Assembly: GCA_030649735.1 (NCBI GenBank)
Contig: JAUSFL010000036.1
Coordinates: 2,999 to 66,998, forward strand
Reading direction: 5' to 3'
DNA from: Candidatus Iainarchaeum sp.
GTDB lineage: Archaea; Iainarchaeota; Iainarchaeia; Iainarchaeales; UBA10191
Length of the DNA: 64,000 bases
Shown: positions 57,386-64,000 of the stretch, piece by piece
Numbering within the stretch: the stretch's first letter is position 1
How the letters are laid out: every line of letters starts with the position of its first letter
The notes under the pieces: model-generated
Told to the model about the DNA's origin: nothing
The model's database searches: none
What the model saw: only the letters and a program-made list of their open reading frames with translations
Made by a program: the position numbers and the translations under genes

Positions 57386-58288
57386 ATGAACCAAAATTTT
57401 TTAGGAATTGGCAGGCAATTTGCTGGATTGCTTGAGGGGAAAACTGCAGTTGTCACTGGAGCAGGCTCTGGATTGGGAAAGGCAATCGCATTAGGCCTGC
57501 CTTTTGCAGGAGTGAAAGTCGGAGTCTTGGACATCAATGCAAAGGCAGTCTTTGAAGTTGCTGAAAGAATAAACGCCGAGTTTGAAGGATTTGCTTTTCC
57601 AATGATTGCAAGCGTCAGCGATGAAGGACAATTGCAAACTGCATATGCTGGCTTTGTGAAAGCCTTTGAAAAAATCGACATTTTAGTGAATTGCGCCGGA
57701 ATTGCAAGGCTTGCCGCAGTGAATGAATTAAGCGCCAAAGACATCAAACTCGCAAACGACGTCAACATTGACGGCTATTTCTTGAATGCAAAGATCGCTT
57801 CAGAATTCATGATTAAGGAAAAATGCGGAGAAATAATAAACATCAGTTCTGCCTCAGCGCGCGGAGCTTCTGAAAACTCATCACTTTACGGAGTTGCCAA
57901 AGAAACGCAGTGCATGATGGCAAGGTCTTGGGCAATGGACTTGGGAAAGCACAACATTCGCGTTAACGCAATCCTTGCGGGCGATTTGTTCGGAGATGAA
58001 AATTTTGGGATTGATTCTGGAATCTGGAACAAGGACTATTTTGAAAAAAAGGCAGTCGACAAAGGGCTTGTGAAAGCAGGAGACAAAAGGATTAGTGGAG
58101 AAAAACTTCACCCAGAAGTCAGGGAAATGGTCATCCAGCATTACTGCAAAAGGACTGCTTTGGGAAAACAAATAGAGTACGCTGATGTCTTGAACTTGAT
58201 TGCTTTCTTAAGCTCTGGATTGGGAAGCAAAATAACTGGAGAGTCAATTGCAATAACGTCCGGAAACCCAAGCGCTTTTTCAAGATAA
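57386..58288 (+). CDS. Short-chain dehydrogenase/reductase (SDR) family oxidoreductase
   Basis: VVTGAGSGLGKAIA (TGxxxGxG), NISS, YGVAKE (YxxxK). Confidence 0.88.
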   Translation: MNQNFLGIGRQFAGLLEGKTAVVTGAGSGLGKAIALGLPFAGVKVGVLDINAKAVFEVAERINAEFEGFAFPMIASVSDEGQLQTAYAGFVKAFEKIDILVNCAGIARLAAVNELSAKDIKLANDVNIDGYFLNAKIASEFMIKEKCGEIINISSASARGASENSSLYGVAKETQCMMARSWAMDLGKHNIRVNAILAGDLFGDENFGIDSGIWNKDYFEKKAVDKGLVKAGDKRISGEKLHPEVREMVIQHYCKRTALGKQIEYADVLNLIAFLSSGLGSKITGESIAITSGNPSAFSR

Positions 58289-58297
58289 AGGAATCTG

Positions 58298-59101
58298 ATG
58301 AACTCTGAAAAAGTGCAGGAATTTTACGAAAGATTTCCCTATCCCGACAAGCGCATTGAAACAAAGGAAAACCTCCAAAAAAATGCGGAATGGATTGCAA
58401 AGCTTGCTGAAAAAAAAATCCCAGAATTAAAAGGATTTAAAATGTTGGATGCAGGCTGCGGAACAGGAGAATTCGCATGCGGTTTTGCTCTTGGCGGCGC
58501 GAAAGTCTTGGGAATTGACTTGAGCGCAAAGTCAATTGAAAAGGCAAAAGCCCTCGCAAAAAAATTCAGGCTGGAAAATGCCGAATTCAGGCAAAGAAAT
58601 TTGCTGAGTGAAGAACTGCCGGAAAAAAGCTTTGACTTGGTTTACAGCATGGGCGTATTGCACCATAATCCAAGCCCAAAAGAAGCCTTCAAAAAAATTT
58701 CAAGGCTGGTGAAGCCTGAAGGAATCATTGTGATTGGATTGTACAATTCTTTCGGAAGGTTTCCAGTGCATTGCAAAAGAAGAATTGTGGAATTGCTTGC
58801 TGGAAAAGACAGCGAGAAAAAGCTTTTGTTGGCAAACAGGCTATTTCACAAAGGAAAGCCAGTGACTGAGGCAAGAAAAGCATGGCTTGCTGACAAGTAC
58901 TTGCACCCTTTGGAAAAGACATTAACAATTGAAGAAGTGCTGGACTGGCTTGAAAAAGAAGGATTTGAATTCTTGAACGCAAAGCCGGAAATTCCTGAAA
59001 GAAAAAACTTGCTTTTGCTCCAGCTGGAATGGATGATTTCTGGAGAAAGCTTTTTCACAATTGCTGGAAAAAAAAGACTTAACGCGGAGGACGAGATTTG
59101 A
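58298..59101 (+). CDS. Class I SAM-dependent methyltransferase
   Basis: Motif I MLDAGCGTGEFA. Its 3' end overlaps the antisense tRNA-Ser(UGA) by 19 nt. Confidence 0.85.
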   Translation: MNSEKVQEFYERFPYPDKRIETKENLQKNAEWIAKLAEKKIPELKGFKMLDAGCGTGEFACGFALGGAKVLGIDLSAKSIEKAKALAKKFRLENAEFRQRNLLSEELPEKSFDLVYSMGVLHHNPSPKEAFKKISRLVKPEGIIVIGLYNSFGRFPVHCKRRIVELLAGKDSEKKLLLANRLFHKGKPVTEARKAWLADKYLHPLEKTLTIEEVLDWLEKEGFEFLNAKPEIPERKNLLLLQLEWMISGESFFTIAGKKRLNAEDEI

Positions 59102-59166
59102 ACTCGCGTATCCTTTCGGATACCAGCTCTCAAGGCTGGCGCATTTGACCACTCTGCCACCTCCGC
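59083..59166 (-). tRNA. tRNA-Ser(UGA)
   Basis: Acceptor GCGGAGG/CCTCCGC, anticodon stem CCAGC/GCTGG with loop CTTGAGA, variable arm TATCCGAAAGGATAC, T arm GCGAG-TTCAAAT-CTCGT. Confidence 0.88.
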
Positions 59167-59233
59167 AAGCTTATGAATTAATAAAAGCAAATATTATTTT
59201 ATAAGATGCCTTGAATCTTAAAAAAGTGGTAAA

Positions 59234-59824
59234 ATGAACGATGAACAGGTTGCAATGGCTGTTTTGTTTTCTTCAACAATCATTCTGCTATTAAGCCTGA
59301 ATTTTGTCCTATTTTCAAGGGAAATCCACAATTTGGTTTTTTACCTGGCAATTCCATCAATCATTCTCCTGACTTGCGGAAAAAAACTAAAGGAGTATTT
59401 CTCAATAAATGCGAAAGAGTTTTTCTGCAAAGAGTTCCTGCTGGTCTTTGCAGTATTTCTCATTAGCGTGATTGCAGCGTCAAGAATTGCAGAGTTCAAG
59501 AATTATTACGGCAGTTATTCGCAGGCATTGGTTTCAAACCCGCTTTATTTCATTGGAGCAAGCATCATCATTCTTTTCTCCTGGGAGTTTTTGTTCCGAA
59601 GCTTCATGATTAAAGGAATGAAAAGTTTTGGGAAAAGCGCTGTATTGATTCAGGCAATTCCTTTCGCTTTCATGCATTTCGGCAAGCCGGCGCTGGAATT
59701 GTACGCTTCGTTCTTTGCGGGAATTCTTTTGGGGTATTTGGCATTAAAGCAAGAGTCTTTCATTGGCGCTTTCCTGCTGCACTTGATGGTTTATTTGCTG
59801 ATTCCCTTGCTTGTTCTTTTCTGA
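59234..59824 (+). CDS. CPBP-family intramembrane glutamic protease (CAAX protease-like)
   Basis: 196 aa, polytopic. SWEFLFRSF (EExxxR-like) and FAFMHF motifs. Confidence 0.75.
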   Translation: MNDEQVAMAVLFSSTIILLLSLNFVLFSREIHNLVFYLAIPSIILLTCGKKLKEYFSINAKEFFCKEFLLVFAVFLISVIAASRIAEFKNYYGSYSQALVSNPLYFIGASIIILFSWEFLFRSFMIKGMKSFGKSAVLIQAIPFAFMHFGKPALELYASFFAGILLGYLALKQESFIGAFLLHLMVYLLIPLLVLF

Positions 59825-59870
59825 AAAAGCCATTGGTTAAAATACTTTTGAGTTAACAGGTTTATACTTT

Positions 59871-60221
59871 ATGCAGGAAGAGAAAACTTGTGAAGGCTGC
59901 GGGGCAAAATGCTGCCGCGAGGCAAACGTATGGCTTGAAGAGCCAAAGACTGACGAAGACTTTGACGAGTGGAAATGGCTGTTAAGCCACAAAAGCCTGT
60001 ACATTTACAATGATTCAAGGTATGGCTGGATGATTTGCTTTGAGACAGACTGCAAATTCTTGGACAATGAAAGCAAATGCGTCAATTATGCAAACAGGCC
60101 AAACTTGTGCAAAGAATACGACATAAAAGACTGCATCAAGTACGGCAGCATGAAATTTGACCCGATTTTAAGGAATCCTGAAGACGTTGACGAATTGAAA
60201 AAAAAGCTTCAGAAAAAGTAA
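59871..60221 (+). CDS. YkgJ-family cysteine-cluster protein (CxxCxxCC)
   Basis: TCEGCGAKCCRE at the N-terminus plus further Cys (CKFLD..SKCVNY..NLC). Confidence 0.65.
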   Translation: MQEEKTCEGCGAKCCREANVWLEEPKTDEDFDEWKWLLSHKSLYIYNDSRYGWMICFETDCKFLDNESKCVNYANRPNLCKEYDIKDCIKYGSMKFDPILRNPEDVDELKKKLQKK

Positions 60222-60343
60222 GAAGGAAGCAAGCCAGGGAATCTGCCCCACCATTAAAATAATAGCGCGTGGAAATTCTTCGTCCCCACAAAATGCAGTA
60301 TGGCTTGCCCCCAAAACTCCCAATACTAAAGGATTAATTTGAA

Positions 60344-60649
60344 GTGGAAGAGTTTAAAAAAGAAATTGATGGTCTACATAAATGTTCGGAGACAATTATG
60401 CCAATTGATTCAAACGAAAAGGAAAAAGAGAAAAAAGCAATTCAATTGGCAAAAAAGGCAATTATTGCAAAAGGCTACAGTGAAAAAGAATTCAAGCAAT
60501 ATTCCTTGATTAAAAGCGGGCCAGTTGCAAAAAATCCCGCGCAGTGGCATTTGCATTTTGACATTGAAGACAAGACTGATTCTTCAATTGAAATAATTGT
60601 TGACTTAAGCACTGGAAGAGCAGTTTATTTCAAAAACCAATGGGCTTGA
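60344..60649 (+). CDS. Hypothetical small protein
   Basis: 101 aa with a GTG start (alternative ATG at 60398). No motif recognised. Confidence 0.4.
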   Translation: MEEFKKEIDGLHKCSETIMPIDSNEKEKEKKAIQLAKKAIIAKGYSEKEFKQYSLIKSGPVAKNPAQWHLHFDIEDKTDSSIEIIVDLSTGRAVYFKNQWA

Positions 60650-60654
60650 ATTCT

Positions 60655-61359
60655 TCAAAAGGATTTTTCTTTAAAATCCTTCAGCCAGCTTTCAAAGAAT
60701 TCTTCCTTAGAAAGACTAAAAATTCTTTCAAAAGCGGCAGTAATGCTTGAATCATTGCCTTTAATGAATTCAATAAGTTTCTTTTTGCCTTTTTTCTCCA
60801 AAAGCCACTTTATCATGCTGCCGCTTTGCTGGTAGAATAGAGTAACATGGCTGTCAAAATCAGAAGTAAACTCAAAATCAGCCCCAAATAAAAGAGCCCC
60901 TTGCTTTTCAATAAGCTCAATCACCCAGTTTTCATTGGTTTGGCTATTTATTGCATAAGGCAGGCCTTCCTTGAAAACAAAAGGCAAATCATTGGATTGT
61001 ATTTCCCTAATAAACAAATGGGATATTTCATGCCCTGTTGTTTTCTGAAAGCGATCCAGCTTGTTGTTGGAAAGTTCTTCCAACACTGTTGGAGATAGGA
61101 AAAAGAGCTGGTTTTTGAGTGTTTTAATGGCATATGCTGACAGCCACTTGTTTTCCAAAGCATATTCAGGCGGAATCCAATTCTTTGAAAATTCTTCCCT
61201 AGTGTAGTAAAAAAAGACTTTAAACTTCAATTCAAACCCAAAAAATCCAACATTCCGCTTATATCCTTCAGTAATGCTTTGAACAATCAAATCTTTGAAC
61301 TGTTCTTTTTCACCATCATATGAAAACTCGCAAAAGCCAAGATCTTCAACTTTAAGCAT
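60655..61359 (-). CDS. Hypothetical HExxH protein (putative zinc peptidase-like)
   Basis: TGHEISHLFIRE motif. ATG 61359 (MLKVEDLGF) chosen because the ORF-track start at 61395 overlaps tRNA-Ala. Confidence 0.55.
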   Translation of the reverse strand: MLKVEDLGFCEFSYDGEKEQFKDLIVQSITEGYKRNVGFFGFELKFKVFFYYTREEFSKNWIPPEYALENKWLSAYAIKTLKNQLFFLSPTVLEELSNNKLDRFQKTTGHEISHLFIREIQSNDLPFVFKEGLPYAINSQTNENWVIELIEKQGALLFGADFEFTSDFDSHVTLFYQQSGSMIKWLLEKKGKKKLIEFIKGNDSSITAAFERIFSLSKEEFFESWLKDFKEKSF

Positions 61360-61374
61360 TTTCAAACCTAAAAA

Positions 61375-61445
61375 TGGACCCGGCGGGAATCGCACCCGCG
61401 CTACGTCCTTGCGAAGGACGAGTCCTACTACTAGACTACGGGCCC
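61375..61445 (-). tRNA. tRNA-Ala(CGC) with atypical D and T loops
   Basis: Acceptor GGGCCCG/CGGGTCC with G3:U70, anticodon stem CGTCC/GGACG with loop TTCGCAA, T arm GCGGG-TGCGATT-CCCGC, D loop AGTAGTA without GG. Confidence 0.7.
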
Positions 61446-61534
61446 AATAAGAAACAGTTGAAGGAAAGAGTATTTATGCGCTATTGCTTGCAATAGCGCG
61501 ACGTACGCGCACGTAAACTGGACGTGACGGTTTT

Positions 61535-61607
61535 TGGGGACACGGGGATTTGAACCCCGACTTAAAGGTCTGGAGCCTTTCGCGCTACCAGGTTACGCAA
61601 TGTCCCC
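61535..61607 (-). tRNA. tRNA-Trp(CCA), intron-less
   Basis: Acceptor GGGGACA/TGTCCCC, D arm GCGT-AACCTGGTA-GCGC, anticodon stem AAAGG/CCTTT with loop CTCCAGA, T arm CGGGG-TTCAAAT-CCCCG. Confidence 0.88.
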
Positions 61608-61829
61608 ATTCAGGTCTTGAAAGTAAGATAAAGAATTAACGTTCAAAAAAGTTTTAAAACTAGAGAAAAGCAAGAAAAAGGCGTCAATGCCAGGGTAAAT
61701 CAACTTTTGCCATTGTAATCAAATTTACTTGGCTTGTTTTTTTAAACTTAAGCGCAAAACCTGCTTGAAAAATGCAAGGCTTTAAAATAGCTAAAGCATT
61801 ATTTTAATCAAAGAACTAAAGTGGTCTCT

Positions 61830-64000
61830 ATGGCTGAAGAAGAAGCCCGAATTAAAAAAACAAGCGAACAGTCTGAAGACTTGTTTGAAGAACTAGAGCA
61901 TGATGATGAAGAAAGCGGCAGCCCTGCCAATGAAGAGCCTGAAGGCAGGGACAATGAAGACTTGGTTCCTTTAAAGAAGGAAAAAAAGCACAAGAAAGCA
62001 AAAAAGCACCACGAGCAGGAAAGCAAGGACGAAGACACTGAAATTTCCGGCGCAAAATTAAGGACGCTTGAAGAAGACACAAACCTGCCTGTTTCTGAAA
62101 GCCAGAAAAAAACCCTCTCTGACGAAGACACTGAAATTGTAAAGCCAAAAAAGCAAAAGTGGAAAGAAGCCGAAGTTTCAGGATTCAGGGAAGACAAGGA
62201 AGAAACAGAAATTTACAGGCCAATCAGGGGAGAAAAAAAATTCACAATCCACGTTGAAGGAGACCTGGAGCAAAAGGAAGAAACTGACGTTTACACTCCC
62301 AAGAAAAAAACCGAGGGAAAATGGGCAAAGGAAAAAGAAATTGAAGTAAAGGAAGAAGGCGAACTGGAAAAAGAGGAAGGAATAAAGGAAGAAGAAGAGG
62401 AAATTGAAGAGCGCGAAGAAGACAGGATTGACGACTTTGAAGTGGAAGATGACGATTTTGACATTGACTTGGAAGGCGAAGGCCTTTCCACTGAAGGAAT
62501 CCGCAAAAGAATCCTGGAAAAGGCGGAAAAAGAAAGCGTTCGCGTTTCAGAAACCAGCATTCCATTAAAATTCCTTGAAGACGGAGAAAACGTCCTGATT
62601 GGACGGAAAAAAAGCGTTCACGCAAAGTACGGAATGCAAGGCGCATTATATGTTGGAAAAGTCGGGGAAGACGAGCAAAACAGCAAAAGCGTTTTCTTGG
62701 ATTCCTTAAACCCTCACGTGGTTTTTGTCTGCGGAGCAAGAGGCAGTGGAAAATGCCTGGCTGGAGATTCTCTAATAAGTCTTGCTGACGGAAGCGAAAA
62801 ACCAATCAAAGAGTTAGAAAATGATTTTGAAATCTTGGCATTAAATGATGAATTAAAAGTCCAAAACTCAAAGAAGGAAGGATTCTTCAAAAGGACTGTA
62901 GAACGCATTCTGGAAGTAAGGCTTGCCAGTGGAAAAAGCATCAAACTCACTCCGGAGCATCCTTTGCTAACAATTAATGGATGGAAAGAGGCAGAAAGCA
63001 TTGGTGTTGGGGGAAGGATTGCGACCCCAAGGCGCATTGGCTTCTTTGGAAATCTAAAAGCAAGAGAATGCGATGTTAAATTGCTGGCGTACTTGCTTGC
63101 AGAAGGGCATTTGGGAAACCAGTTTGTGCTTTTCTCAAACTTTGATGAAAGAATAGTTTCAGAATTCAATGAATGTATTGGAGAGTTTGACCAAAACTTG
63201 AGGATTGAACAACATTCAAAACCAGGATGCTTTAGGATTGCTCAAAAAAGAAAAGAGACTGACATTTCCAAAATCAAAAGAAACCCAAAAGGGCAATTCA
63301 CCCAAGAAAGCAGAATCAAGTGCAGCAAAAGCTCGCTGATGCTCTGGCTTGAAAGTTTGGGAATTTACGGAAAGCTTTCTGCAGAAAAATTCATTCCAGA
63401 AAACATTTTCAAGCTTGAGAAAGAACAGCTTTCAGTATTCTTGAACAGGCTTTTCAGCTGTGATGGAAGCATTTACAGAATCAACAAGAAAAAAAACAAT
63501 TGGGCAATATGCTATGCTTCAAGCTCTGAAAAAATGATTTACCAAGTGCAGTCATTGCTGCTGAAGTTTGGAATAATATCAAGCGTCAGGGAAAAGAGAA
63601 TTTTATGCAACAAGAAAGAATTCAAGTCTTTCGAACTGGTTGTTTATTCGGAAAGCGTGCTGGAATTCATTAAAGAAATAGGGTTTTTTGGAAAAAAAGA
63701 AGACAAAGAAAAAACCGCGCTTTTTGAAATGTCAGGAATTCAAAGAAACCCAAACAATGACACAATCCCAATGGAAGTTTGGGCAAAGCTTGATGGAATA
63801 AACTGGATGAAGACTGGAAGGGAATTTGGCTACAAAAACTGCAAGTCATTCCATAATGTCAAGAATTATGCCCCTTCAAGGGAAAAACTATTGAAAATCG
63901 CGCAAATCAACAATCTTAAAGGAATTCAACTGCTTGCAGAAAGCGACATTTATTGGGATGAAATAAAAGAAGTCAAAGAATTAAACGGAAGTTTTGAAGT
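61830..64000 (+). CDS. P-loop NTPase (HerA/DUF87-like, uncertain) with an acidic low-complexity N-terminus, interrupted by an intein; runs off the window end
   Basis: Open frame from ATG 61830 to the window end, absent from the ORF track because it has no stop. About 240 aa of E/K/D-rich sequence, then ..NPHVVFVCGARGSGK (Walker A) followed directly by intein residue C. Confidence 0.8.
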   Translation, partial: MAEEEARIKKTSEQSEDLFEELEHDDEESGSPANEEPEGRDNEDLVPLKKEKKHKKAKKHHEQESKDEDTEISGAKLRTLEEDTNLPVSESQKKTLSDEDTEIVKPKKQKWKEAEVSGFREDKEETEIYRPIRGEKKFTIHVEGDLEQKEETDVYTPKKKTEGKWAKEKEIEVKEEGELEKEEGIKEEEEEIEEREEDRIDDFEVEDDDFDIDLEGEGLSTEGIRKRILEKAEKESVRVSETSIPLKFLEDGENVLIGRKKSVHAKYGMQGALYVGKVGEDEQNSKSVFLDSLNPHVVFVCGARGSGKCLAGDSLISLADGSEKPIKELENDFEILALNDELKVQNSKKEGFFKRTVERILEVRLASGKSIKLTPEHPLLTINGWKEAESIGVGGRIATPRRIGFFGNLKARECDVKLLAYLLAEGHLGNQFVLFSNFDERIVSEFNECIGEFDQNLRIEQHSKPGCFRIAQKRKETDISKIKRNPKGQFTQESRIKCSKSSLMLWLESLGIYGKLSAEKFIPENIFKLEKEQLSVFLNRLFSCDGSIYRINKKKNNWAICYASSSEKMIYQVQSLLLKFGIISSVREKRILCNKKEFKSFELVVYSESVLEFIKEIGFFGKKEDKEKTALFEMSGIQRNPNNDTIPMEVWAKLDGINWMKTGREFGYKNCKSFHNVKNYAPSREKLLKIAQINNLKGIQLLAESDIYWDEIKEVKELNGSFE
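62754..64000 (+). mobile_element. Intein with LAGLIDADG homing endonuclease, inserted in the Walker A motif (partial; C-terminal splice junction beyond window)
   Basis: Block A CLAGDSLISL at the junction GSGK|C, block B KLTPEHPLLT, LAGLIDADG motifs LLAYLLAEGHL and FLNRLFSCDGSIY. Confidence 0.85.

Noticed and set aside
59083-59101. 19-nt overlap of the methyltransferase 3' end with the antisense tRNA-Ser(UGA), as a possible annotation conflict
   Set aside because: Both features are individually well supported. The CDS simply finds its first stop inside the tRNA gene, so I treat this as tolerated overlap rather than a finding.
61808-63169. Minus-strand ORFs of 98-187 aa (61808-62197, 62242-62805, 62714-63169)
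   Set aside because: They are antisense to the long plus-strand ATPase/intein frame. That frame is missing from the ORF track only because it has no stop within the window. GAA/AAG-rich coding gives open antisense frames.

Overview
AT-rich, tightly packed archaeal window. Archaeal evidence: a 16S-tRNAAla-23S operon with no tRNA-Ile, tRNA genes with bulge-helix-bulge-type introns at 37/38, deoxyhypusine synthase, BRE/TATA-like promoters, and an intein plus a free-standing LAGLIDADG gene. Many small hypothetical, secreted and Cys-rich proteins and several bacterial-type genes suggest a DPANN-like lineage; that placement is inference. Order of content: (1) 3' end of 16S, tRNA-Ala(UGC), 23S, no linked 5S; (2) a surface locus with an M64-like metallopeptidase, a 1330-aa Cys-repeat/CBM-like protein and two GH-A glycosidases, one with a dockerin-like segment, plus an unannotated RNase P RNA at 7694-7958; (3) alaS, a PRTase and a transglutaminase-like protein; (4) a divergent one-carbon/purine cluster, glyA-folD-purH versus purD-flavin reductase-purN, with purF further on; (5) a leuA-like gene and leuS; (6) dys, a RelA/SpoT homologue, argS and an HDAC-family gene; (7) a LAGLIDADG ORF abutting an intron-containing tRNA-Arg, then pyrD-pyrK-x-pyrC-pyrE-pyrF; (8) ABC-2 transporter, two secreted proteins, a peptidoglycan amidase and a RelE/ParE pair; (9) a DEAD-box helicase and five more tRNAs, one with a ~90-nt intron; (10) an intein-interrupted P-loop ATPase running off the window end. 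Observations most worth a second look: non-canonical nucleotides at near-universal rRNA positions in the decoding centre and peptidyl-transferase ring; two gene breaks exactly at long poly-A runs (glyA at A9; secreted protein/amidase at A11); a Leu-codon-rich mini-ORF with alternative hairpins upstream of leuA-leuS; an RSH with an intact hydrolase motif but a degenerate synthetase motif; and peptidoglycan-lytic domains in an archaeon. No CRISPR array, transposase or 5S rRNA was seen. All homology calls rest on motifs read by eye, not on searches.
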